Shown: positions 51,960 through 62,624 of the stretch, in pieces
How positions within the stretch are numbered: position 1 is the first letter of the stretch
Layout: every line of letters starts with the position of its first letter
Source of the DNA: Felis catus
Lineage: Eukaryota
Direction of reading: 5' to 3'
Length of the DNA: 64,000 nt
Assembly (NCBI RefSeq): GCF_018350175.1
Contig: NC_058368.1
Coordinates: forward strand, 87,050,001-87,114,000
Program-made: the position numbers and the translations under genes
Notes under the pieces: generated by a model
Told to the model about the DNA's origin: nothing
What the model saw: only the letters and a program-made list of their open reading frames with translations
Databases searched by the model: none

Positions 51960-54900
51960 AGATAATTGTGTCCCGTCTAAGAAGGTTATGTTGGAAGACA
52001 CTGAATTGAATTCCTCCACACACGCCAAACCTACACCTATATGGAAAGCAATTCCTCTTGAAGAAAAACTTAGGACTAACTGAACAGCTTCTGTACAACA
52101 AAAGAAAGAGAGACCACACTTGAGAATAACAAGAAAGATCAAGACACAATAATACAAGGAAACCTCACTCCTGATGCTGCAAACTTTAAATCTTTTTTTT
52201 TTAATGTTTCTTTATTTTTGAGAGAGAGTGAGAGAGTGTGAGCAAGGGAGGGGCAGAGAGATGGAGACACAGGATCTGAAGCAGGTTACAGGCTCTGGGC
52301 TGTCAGCACAGAGCCCAATTCGGGGCTCAAACTCACAAACCACGAGGTCATGACCTAAGGTCATACGTTTAACTGTCTGAGCCACCCAGGTGCCCCTGAT
52401 GCTGCAAATTTTATAAGGAAGGATGGTACTGAGGGACTATGAACCAATTCATCTTCTCTGGGGTACATAAAAAAGTGCCACAGTTTAAAACAGCAACTAG
52501 TATATAAAAGATCTAGCCTTAGAACTCCACCAAATAGCAAAGGAGCTGCTGGAACTCTCCATATTGAAGGGCTAATGAGCATCATGGTTTGTTTTCCTCA
52601 TTCACCTTGATACTGGAGAAAAGACAGGGTTCTAGGTGTTATGACTCATCTGTCACCTCAGCAAGGTCCATGCCCCTGGCCCATACTAGTCCCAGATGCT
52701 CTGAGGCACATTAAAAAAAAAGCTGTACTTTAAAGTGCAACTAGAATAAAAATAAATCAGCCCTAGAACTTTACTAAGTGGTGAAGCTGCTGCTGGAACT
52801 CTTCTGTTGTTCAGAGGGCCTGAAAGCACCACGGTTTCCATTCCTCATCCACCTTGACAGTGCAGATGGATACTGGGTTCCAGGCACCAGATCCAGCCGG
52901 CTGCCTCAACAAGCCCTGGGCACCTCACCCAAGATGAACCCCAGACACCATGGGGCACACAGAAAAAACTGTAAAAGAACAGTTGTACAAGAACAACTAG
53001 ACTATAAAAGAGCCAGCCCTAGAATTCCTCCAAACAGTGGAGGAACTACTGGGATACCCTCTGTGTTGAAGGTTTGGTGAGTAATATGGTTTACCTTCCC
53101 CCTCCAACCTCAGAGCATGGATAAAGCAAGTTTGGATGCCACAGCTGGCCCTCTGCCCGGTAAGCTCCTACCCGTAGCCCACACCAACACTACCCATCCT
53201 ACCAAGGTGTCCCTAGCACTGTGCACACTGGGTTGCCTCTGGTCAGCACTCACTACAGCTTCAGCCAAGGCGATGATGTGGCCCTGGGACAAAGCACCCT
53301 GGAACACTCCAGGCCCACACCATTTTGGCTCCAGACAGTTTGCTAGGGCATTTCCTGAAGCAGAGTGCTTCAGATCTCACTGGCCCAACAAGGCAACCCA
53401 TAGGTGGAGTGATCTATGAGCCCTCAGTTCATATTTGCCTTAGTTCCAGCCTCCCCACCAGGCCACTCCCTGCTCTAAGCACCCTAGACCATCTGCCCAC
53501 ACCCTGCTTCAGCCCCAGCCACCCCAGGAGGGCACCCTTTATATGGAGTGCCCTAGGACACTGAGGAGCCCATCCATCCTCAGCCCCAATAATCCCACCA
53601 GGACACACCCTGCACTGAGCACCTCGGGACACCCCAGCTTGCAACCACTTCATCTATAGCTGTACTCCCATAGCACCCTCTGCACAGAGAAGCCCGGGAC
53701 CACCCCAACCCATGCTCACTAGAGCTATACCTGTCCTGCCAGTGTGCACCCCATGCAGAGTGATAGGGTGGAATCACTGGCCTGAGCCCTATCTCAGCTA
53801 CAGCCCCACAACCAGGGGGCCATCTGCACAGAGAGCCCCAGGTCACCCTAGTTTACCCCCACATTGGCTTCAGCAGTCTTGCCAGGTGACTTCTGTGCAG
53901 AGAATACAGGGGCTGCCCCAGCCTGCACCCACTCAGACTACATCCTACCAGTGCATACTGTGCACAGAAAGCCTCAAGATGCCCTGGCTTATCCCTACAC
54001 CAGTTTCAACTGTCCTGCAAGGGTGTCATCTGCAAGGAGAGCCCCAGGATCTACCCCAGCCCGTGCTCACTTCAGGTTTGGCTATTCCACCATGGCCACC
54101 CCAGCACAGAGTGCCCCAGGATCCCTGCCCATGCCAGACACAGATCCAGATAATCAGCTAGTCATTAGACTCGCACTGTATATACAGATAAAATCCTACG
54201 AAAGAGTATTCTTTTCCACTGTAGGAGAAGTAGCTGTTCCATATAATTCATAGAAACAAACCCAAAAGTTAAGCAAAATAAGGATATGGGAGTATAAGCT
54301 CCAAACAAAAGAATAAGACAAAACCCAGAAAAATAATTGAATGAAACAGTGAAAAGCAATATGCCTGATAGTTTAAAGTAATGATCCTAAAAATGCTCAC
54401 TGGACTAGAGAGAAAAGTGGAACAACTCAGTGAGAACTTCAAAAAGATAGAAAAAAAAATTTAAATCAAAGTTGAAGAATATAATAACTGAAATAAAAAA
54501 ATATATTAGAAGGAGTCAACAGTAGATTAGTGAATACATAAAAACAGATCAGTGATCTGGAAGATAGGATAATGGAAAACACCTAAGCAGAACGAAAAGC
54601 AGAACAAAGAATTTTTAAAAATGAGAATAGGTTAAGGTATCTTTTGGACAACATCAAGCAAAGAAGCAGTCACATTGTAAGTGCTCCACAAAAATAAGAA
54701 AGAGAGAAAGAGGCAGAAAATTTATTTAAAGAAATAATAGCTGAAAACAACTAAATGGGGCAAGGGAACAGAAATCCCGGTCCAGGAATCACAGAATTCA
54801 AACTAAGATGAACCCAGAAGGTTCTCACCATAGCACATAATAATAGTCAAAAATTAAAGGTTAAGAAAGAATTTTCAAAGCAGGATGAGAGAAGCAACTG

Positions 54901-55048
54901 GTATCAAGGAAACACCATAAGACTATCAGTTCATTTTCATCAGAAAGTTTATAGACCAGAAGGGAGGGAATGGCCATAATATATTCAAAATTCTGTAAGG
55001 AAAAACCTACAACTAAAAATACTTTACCCTATAGATTATTATTCTGAT
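51960..55048 (+). mobile_element. Old LINE-1 long 5'UTR + ORF1
   Basis: C-rich 5'UTR to about 54250; ORF1 words (agatcagtgatctggaagatagg; aaagaaataatagctgaaaac). Confidence 0.8.
52192..52396 (-). mobile_element. Can-SINE in L1 5'UTR
   Basis: TSD tgatgctgcaaa. Confidence 0.93.
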
Positions 55049-55049
55049 A

Positions 55050-55199
55050 TTTATTTATCTTGAGAGAGAGAGAGAAAGATCGTGAGCTGGGGAGGGGCAG
55101 AGAAAGAGGGAAAGAAAGAACTGTGAGAAGGCTCTGTGCCATCAGAGCAGAGCCCAATGCAAGACTCAATCTCACAAACCATGATATCATGACCTGAGC
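55050..55199 (-). mobile_element. Can-SINE lacking its head (cut at inversion junction)
   Basis: Ends at catgacctgagc and abuts inverted L1. Confidence 0.85.
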
Positions 55200-56220
55200 A
55201 TGATTTTCTGCTTAGAAGATCTGTCCATTGATGTAAGGGGTGTGTTAATATCCCTACTAGTATTGTTTACCATTAATTCCTCTATTTACATTAATACTTG
55301 CTTTATATATTTAGGTACCTCAATGTTGGGTGCATATTTACAATTTTTATACCCTTTTTTTGGATTGATCCCTTTATCATTATATAATGTCCTTCTTTGT
55401 GTCTTGTCACAGTCTTTGTTTTCAGGTCTATTTTGTCTAAGTATTCCCACCCCAGGTTTTTTTTTTCTTTTTTCTTTTTTTCTTTTTCTTTTTCTTTTTT
55501 TTTTTTAATCACTTCTATTTATGAGGCATATGTATTTTTTCTCCTTTCACTTTCAGGCTATCTTAGTCTGGTTTGTCTATTATAGGTGGCATATAGTTGA
55601 GTTCCACCACCTTATATCTTTTTTTTTAACTTTTTTTAATGTTTATTTATTTTTGAGAGACAGAGACAGAGTGTGAGTGGGGAAGGGTCAGAGAGAGAGA
55701 GAAAGACACAGAATCTGAAGAGGCTCCAGGCTCTGAGCTGTCAGCACAGGGCTCAATGCCAGGCTCGAACTCACAAGCCCTGAGATCATGACCTGAGCTG
55801 AAGTCGGACGCTTAACCAACTGAGCCACCCAGACACCCCACTATATCTTTTGATTGGAGAATTTAGATCATTTACATTTAAAATAATTATTGATAGTTGT
55901 GTATGTATTGCCATTTTATTAATTGTTTTCTGATTGTCTTTGTAGTTCTTTCCTGCTCCTTTCTTCCCTTGCTCTCTTTTTTTTTGGTTATTAGTGAGTT
56001 TTTCAGCTGTTGTGCTTAGGTTTATTTCTTCTTATTTTTTGTATATCTATTATAGGGTTTGAGTCTGTGGTTACTATGAATTCCATATGCAGGATCCTAA
56101 GTATATAACAGTTTACATTATTCATGGTCATTTAAATTTGAACACATTCTAAAATAACTTCTTTTTTACTCCCCTTTTCATGTTTATAAGTATGTTGTTA
56201 AATTCTACATTTTTATTTAT
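55200..56220 (-). mobile_element. Inverted L1 segment (inter-ORF spacer + ORF2 endonuclease start)
   Basis: ORF 55303-55512(-) has LDKIDLKTKTVTRHKEGHYIMIKGSIQ; contains a SINE. Confidence 0.88.
55618..55839 (-). mobile_element. Can-SINE (SINEC_Fc)
   Basis: TSD tatatctttt. Confidence 0.94.
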
Positions 56221-56687
56221 AAAAACCCGGCCGGGCTGCCCTGCCCCCATCCATGTTAACCCAAGTCCGCGTGCAGACCCCAGCTCCGTGACTGCCCCTG
56301 GAAGCCTCCTGATAGCACAGCCTCATCTGCACCCTTCACTGAGGCCCTGGAGACAGCAGCTCCTGGAGCGCGGCCCTGCACAGGATCCCTGGGGGCGCCC
56401 CTGGATCTGGCTTTGGGGTACTGGGGTTCTCCCCTGAGACTTGCCCTAGGCACCCTAGGGACGGTGAGCAGCAGGAGCAGACGTGTCCCCTCTGCAGCTC
56501 GGGGCCCCCGCCTGTGCTGTAACTGACCAGTGTCTAGAACGAGTTGGAGAAGAGAAAAACGACTTAAGAGACCAGAGGCTCCGCGTCTGGATATTCAGTT
56601 TACTTACTGCGATCTCTGCCTGGACTCGGCCATCCTTCTCAGAAAGGCGGCTGGAGAGCGCATAACCACAGGACATTGACAGGGCAG

Positions 56688-56706
56688 CCGCGCCCCCTAG
56701 AGGGCA
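56688..56706 (-). promoter_or_regulatory. Strong CTCF-motif match
   Basis: Minus strand TGCCCTCTAGGGGGCGCGG vs consensus TGGCCACCAGGGGGCGCTA; motif match only, binding untested. Confidence 0.6.
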
Positions 56707-57154
56707 CTGTGCGGGCTTCCAACATGTTGAGAAAACCTCACAAGTTGGTGCGCGCTGTTAAGAGGTTAATCACAGAAACAGCAAAGCATAGGAGTAGCTG
56801 GGGAACAAATTAGAGCAATGGAACATGGTTTCTCCTACCACACTGGGAAACCCTATAAAAATAGGTAACACCTGTCATAAACTTAAAAATGAGATGCTCT
56901 CCCTGGGGGCCTTTTGGAACAAGGAATCAAAAGGCTTTCTTAAAAGTGCCTCTAATTTGATCTAGCTATTCCTTTTTTGTGTGTTAATTCTTAAGTTTCT
57001 GACAATCAAGAAGAGGAGTAGTAAATTAAAGGATTACACAGAAGCATTGGTTATCATAGCAAAATTAAGAAAAATATTCAATTGTTTAAACACACTAATA
57101 ACATCCATATAATGGACTACTATGCAATTATTAAAAATGATACTGTGAAAGAAT

Positions 57155-57346
57155 ACAGCCAATGGATCAATAGACAAATCACAAAGGGTACTAAAAAAAT
57201 ACATGGAGGGGTGCCTGGGTGGGTACCTCAGTGGGTTGAGCATCTGTCTGAATCTTGATTGCAGCTCAGGTCACGATCTCATGATTTGTGGGATGGAGCC
57301 CATCCAGCTGGCTGGCTCTGTGCTGACAGTGTGCAGCCTGCTTGGG

Positions 57347-57396
<50 letters not shown>

Positions 57397-57632
57397 CCTC
57401 CCCGGCTTGTGTGCACATGTGCTTGTGTTCTATCTCAAAATAAATAAACTTTAAAATATACATAAAGACAAATGAAAATGAAAACACAAAATCCAAAATT
57501 TGGGAGAGGCAATAAAAGCAATTCTAAGATAAAAGTACATAGCTACACAGGCACACCTTAACAAACAAAACACTCTCAAGCATTTAACTTCACACCTAAA
57601 GGAACTAGAAAAAGAATAACACACAAAGCCCA
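57155..57632 (+). mobile_element. L1 ORF2 fragment (probable continuation of the 51960 element)
   Basis: ccaatggatcaatagac...aaaaaatacatggag[SINE]acaaatgaaaatgaaaacaca...ctaaaggaactagaaaaaga. Confidence 0.8.
57208..57452 (+). mobile_element. Can-SINE
   Basis: Head, (CT)n, tail. Confidence 0.92.
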
Positions 57633-57872
57633 AGGTTATATTAGTTCCAGGAGTACAATACAATGATTCGACAATCCTACACATTACTGAGGGATCCTCA
57701 AGGTAAGTGCACTCTTAATCCCCTTCACCTATTTCACACATTTCCCGCCCCCTCTTCCCCACTGGCAACTGCCAGTTTGTTCTCTATATGTAAGAGTCTG
57801 GTTTATTTGTTTGTTTCATTTTTCTTTGTTCATTTGTTTGTTTAAGTTCCAAATATGTTTGAGATCATATGG
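57633..57872 (-). mobile_element. L1 3'UTR fragment
   Basis: ttatattagttccaggagtacaatacaatgattcgaca...ttccaaatatgtttgagatcatatgg. Confidence 0.8.
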
Positions 57873-57923
57873 AAAATTCTAATGTTATAACAAATCATGA
57901 AGAATCAACAGTCACTGTCTTCC

Positions 57924-58462
57924 TGCAACTGAAGTCAAGCTTATGCTGTACACCATAGGACAGGCCAATAAGTCAAGAGGCACAATGTTGGGGTGAGAAA
58001 ATGACTTTATTAGGAAGTCCAGCAAACTAGGAAGATGGCATACTATTTTCCTAAAGAACCATTTTCCTGTGGCATGAAATTTGAGCTTTTGTGTTAGCAA
58101 AAGGGGTATGCAGGAGGGGGCTCAAATCAAAAGATGACTGACATTTGTAAACATCCAAGGAAAGATATGTAACTTCTCAGTCCATGGTCAGTTGATCTTT
58201 GCATACAGTAATCTTGTCATGTCATTTCTGCAAATCTTAAACATAATATACTCATTTCTGTACATACTTTCTTTTTTCCTCAGGTGAAGTAGTTTTCAGG
58301 TAAAAGCAGTTTTTGCAAATCTTAGCTGTAAGCAAAATTTCTTTAATTATTAACATGCCAACATGCAGGGCTAAGCAGAAGTTTCTAAGCTATAGCTCAC
58401 AACTGTAAGGGAAATAGAAGCAACATGGTGTCAGACATACTGTTTTTTTTTTTTCTGTTACA
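57924..58462 (-). mobile_element. Solo LTR, probably ERV1 class
   Basis: TG...CA termini, reverse AATAAA near 58005, candidate 4-bp TSD ttcc/atcc. Confidence 0.65.
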
Positions 58463-58538
58463 ATCCCATTATATAAGCTGCTTTATAACAATATATTACT
58501 GACCTTCATTCTATGTTTTAATTTGAGTGATCCTGGCT

Positions 58539-59044
58539 TGCCGACCTCAAAGGGCCATGGACCTGGGGCGGCGAAGGAACTGAGAAAAAGAGAGGACAGT
58601 ATAGCGAGGCACAGGGGACCCCGAGCTAACAGCCCGAGGTACCGAAGTTTATTGTACATCTTCTTATATACGTTTTCAGGAAAAACAGATCAGCAATGAT
58701 TAACAACAGAAGCTTAGGAAAGCATGTCAACAATGTACATCTGATTCAGCTATCCTACTTATCTTGAGTACCAGAGCAGTCTTGCAGATACATATGATCC
58801 GATAAGAATCTTTATGATAGAAGCAAAGACAAAGAAGGGAGTGAATGTTCTGTACTATATACAGTTGGCTCCCTTTGAGCAGAACATCCCTATCTGTCTA
58901 CTAAAGAACAGACTGCATTTTCCAAGGGCAATTCACTCAAGTCCTTTCAGGTTATTTTTAACCTCATGATCTCGAGTTTTCTCAGAGATCTCAGAGGCTG
59001 AATGAATATGCACCTATGGTCATTGTGATGTTCTGTTTCCCACA
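58539..59044 (-). mobile_element. Solo LTR, probably ERV2/betaretroviral class
   Basis: Minus strand TGTGGGAAAC...GGTCGGCA, 506 bp; 6-bp TSD ctggct/ctggca; TATATAAG (58663-58670) followed closely by AATAAA (58648-58653). Confidence 0.8.
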
Positions 59045-59299
59045 CTGGCATGTGAAATTTTTGATGTGTTCACAATAAAATTTTACTAATTACTATTTTT
59101 TTATTCATTGGTTTTACTTCAGCTATTCCTGAACTTTTGACAATTTCATTGAACTACATTTCACATCAAAAGAAAAATTATAAGAAAATATTTAACTATA
59201 GTCATGGTATGCATGGAGAAGTAATTAATATTGGAATATCCTAATGTCTGTGACTTAATTTTAAATGCTTCAAAAAACTAAAGTTAATTGATGAATAAC

Positions 59300-59895
59300 T
59301 TTTCAGTCTCCAAAGAACCAGAACCAATAAGATCAACAGATCTTTATCTATCTATCTATCTACCTATCATCTATCATATTTATCTATCATCGATAATCTA
59401 TTCTCCATTTATCTATCTATAGAGACAGATTAAGGAATTGGCTCACACAATTGTAGGAACTGGTGTGTCTGAAATCCCTAAGATAGATCTGCAGGCTGGA
59501 GATTCAGGTAAAAGCTAAAGGTGAAGTCTTGACCCTAAATTCTACAAGATAGCAGCAGTCTGAGGGTTTGGTGGGGTTTCCATGTTGCAGTTTTAGAGAA
59601 AATTCCTTCTTTTTTGGGTGATATCACTTTTTATTCTATTAAGACTTTTAACTGAATGGGTGAGCCCCACCTTCATTATAAACCATTATCTGCTTTACTC
59701 AAAGTCTACTTATTTAAATGTTAATCAGATATAAAATTATTTAGTAGCAAGATCCATACTGCTGTTTTGCCAAACATCTAGGCACCATAGCCTAGAGAAA
59801 TAAACACATAAAATCAACCATCACAACCCACCTCCTGTCTATGTGGAATTCATACACATTTCCCTAACCAAACTAAATATCTAAATAAAGAAACT
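59300..59895 (-). mobile_element. ERVL LTR (MLT2-like) with (TATC)n plus adjoining internal sequence
   Basis: agaaccaataagat...taaggaattggctcacacaattg...acacataaaatcaaccatcaca, then internal-like ccacctcctgtc...catacacatttccctaacc. Confidence 0.8.
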
Positions 59896-59947
59896 AATAG
59901 GCAAAATGGGTGAGGGTGGTCAAAAGCTAAAAATTTCCACTTGTATA

Positions 59948-60520
59948 GTAGGCATTTACCCAAATGATGCAAAAATATAATTCAAAGAGATACATACACT
60001 CCAATGTTTATAGCAGCATTATCAAAAATAGCCAAATTATGGAAAGAGTCCACATGTCCATCCACTGATGCATGGATAAGGAAGATGTGGTTATATACCT
60101 ACAATGGAATATTACTCAGTCATAAGTGCCATTTGCAATGACATGGATGGAGCTAGAGAGTATTATGTTAAGCAAAATAAGTCAGAGAAAGACAAATACC
60201 AGATGATTTCACTCATGTGTGGAATTTAAGAAACAAACAAACAACAACAACAACAACAAAAAAGGAACACAGGGGAGGGGAAGGGGAAGAGAGGAAAACC
60301 AAGAAACACACTCAACTATAGAAAACAGACTGATGGTTAGCAGAAGAGAGGTGAATGGGAGAATGAGTTAATTAGATGATGGGGATTAAGGAGGGAAATC
60401 TTTGTGACAACCACACAGTGTTGTATGCAAGTGTTGACTCACTAAATTGTACACCTGAAATTGATGTTATGCTGCATATTCACTAACTGGAATTTAAATA
60501 AAAACTTGAAAAGAAAAAAA
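59948..60520 (+). mobile_element. Carnivore L1 3' end (nested)
   Basis: ORF2 end + 3'UTR; degenerate TSD tccacttgta / tccagttatg. Confidence 0.88.
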
Positions 60521-60627
60521 AATCCAGTTATGAGATTTAAAAAATTTCTTAGGGATGTAATATTAAGCATGACTTTGGTTAGTGAGACTTTATTGCATAT
60601 TTGAAAGTTACTAAGAGAGTAAATCTT

Positions 60628-60825
60628 TGTTTTTAATGTTTGTTTAAAAAATAGAGTGTGGGGGGGCGGGGATCAGAGAGAGAGGGAGACAGAGAATCCC
60701 AATAAGGCTCCTCCACTCTATCAGTGTAGGGCCTGATGTGGGGCCTGAACTCATGAACAATGAGATCTTGACCCGAGCCAAAATCAAGAGTTACATGTTT
60801 AACCGACTCACTCATCCAGGTGCCT
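60628..60825 (-). mobile_element. Can-SINE
   Basis: TSD agagtaaatctt / aaagtaaatctt. Confidence 0.88.
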
Positions 60826-61095
60826 TTAACAAAGTAAATCTTAAAAGTTTTCATCACAAGACAAAAAAAAAAAAAAATTAACTATCCTTGGTAATTTAAC
60901 TATCTATGATGGATGTTAACTATATTTACTGTGATAATTGTTTTTCAGTGTATACATATATCAAATTATGTTGTACATCTAAAGCTAATACAATGCAATA
61001 TGTAAACTATATCTCAAATTAAAAAAAAAACTTAAAAACTAAAGAGTAAAAACTCTCAGAGATTATCAGACTGGATTAGAAAAAAAAAGAATCTA

Positions 61096-61315
61096 GGGGT
61101 GCCTGTGTGGCTCAGTGGGTTAAGCATCTGACTTCAACTCTAGTCATGATCTCACAGTCCATGAGTTCGTGCCCCAGGTTAGGCTGTGTGCTGACAGCTC
61201 AGATCCTGGAGCCTGCTTTGGATTCTGTGTGTGTGTGTCTCTCTCTCTCTTCCCCTCCCCTACTCTCATTCTGTCTCTCTCTCCCCCTCTCAAAACTAAA
61301 TATTTTTTAAAAATT
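61096..61315 (+). mobile_element. Can-SINE
   Basis: Head and tail. Confidence 0.92.
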
Positions 61316-61406
61316 AAGAAAAATGAAAAATGAAAACAATAATCTAACTATATGTTTTTTGAAAGAGATGTCTAAAACATAAGGACACATAAAAATTGAG
61401 AGGAAG

Positions 61407-61622
61407 GGGCACCCAGGTGGCTCAGTCAGGTAAACATCTGACTTCAGCTCAGGTCATGATATCATGGTCCGTGAGTTCGACCCCCATGTTGGGATATGTG
61501 CTGACAGTTCAGCCTGGAGACTGCTTCAGATTCTGTGTCTCCCTCTCTCTCTCTGCCCCTCCCCTGCTCTCTGTCTCTCTCTGTCTCTCACTTTCTCTTT
61601 GAAAAATAAACATTTTTTTTTA
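61407..61622 (+). mobile_element. Can-SINE
   Basis: TSD aattgagaggaa. Confidence 0.93.
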
Positions 61623-61650
61623 ATTGAGAGGAAAATATTAGAAAGAGATA

Positions 61651-61870
61651 GGGGCACCTGTGTGGCTCAGTCGGTTAAGCGTCCGACATTGGCTCGGGTC
61701 CTGATCCCACAGTTTGTGGGTTCGAGCCCCACATCCGGCTCTGTGCTGACAGCTCAGAGCCTGGGGCCTGCTTCGGGTTCTATCTCCTTCTCTCTCTGAC
61801 CCTCCCCTGCTTGCACTCTCTCTCTCTCTCTCTCTTTCTCTCAAAAATAAATAAACATTAAATTTTTTTA
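61651..61870 (+). mobile_element. Can-SINE
   Basis: Head and tail. Confidence 0.93.
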
Positions 61871-62624
61871 AAGAAAAAGACAAATATGGCAAATATTAAC
61901 CAAAATCAAACTGATGTGACTTTATTAATGGTATAAAAATAGACTTTAAGGGATTCCTCAATTAAAGAGGGTTACAATGATATACAATAACTCTAAAATT
62001 TTCATCCAGCTAAATAACATCTTTCAAAATATATAACTAAATTTGGTATAGTACAAGTGGAAATTGACAAGCTTATCGTCATAATGAGAGATTATGAACA
62101 CATTTCTCAGTAATTGGCAAATATAAAGAAAAAACAATAAATGTATAGAAGATTTGAACAACATAGCTAACCATATTTACTTAATGGAAATATAGAGAAC
62201 AAAACTAAAGCACTTTATTTTTTAGTTCAATATGGAATAATTTTTAAAATTGTCCACTATTACACCATAAAACAAATCCCAACAAATTTCAAAGAACTAG
62301 ACATCTTTATCCAACAATGATTAATTAGAAATTAACAATAAAAAGTTAAAATAGTAAAAAAGATAAAAGAAAAGTTTTTGTTAGAAATTGAAAATGTGCT
62401 ATTAGAGAACTCAGTCAAAAAGAGATTATAATGAAAAATAGAAAATATTGAAAACTGAACAATAATAGACATTCTGTATCTTAAAATGCATGGAAAACAG
62501 GTTAAACCTCACTTTAAAATTTTTAACTTTAAATATTAGAATTATAAAAGAAGAAAAAAATAATTTATGAATAATGAATATTAGGAAATTAGTAAAAGAA
62601 CAATTAAACAAAATTATACTTTTG

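Larger units (their letters stand above)
59897..61030 (+). mobile_element. L1MA/MB-type 3' end hosting a younger L1 and a SINE
   Basis: gggtgagggtggtcaaaag...ttgaaagttactaagagagtaaatc...tatatctcaa. Confidence 0.75.
61035..62620 (+). mobile_element. Ancient L1 ORF2 endonuclease region
   Basis: aaaatagactttaagg; atagaagatttgaacaaca; caacaaatttcaaaga. Confidence 0.75.

Noticed and set aside
52778..54253. Cluster of 75-150 aa ORFs in C-rich DNA as a gene or CpG island
   Set aside because: Continuous with L1 ORF1 downstream and CpG-depleted; it is an L1 5'UTR.
56180..56676. Short ORFs in the GC-rich insert as a retrogene
   Set aside because: No recognisable domain, no poly(A) or TSD; short ORFs are expected in GC-rich DNA.
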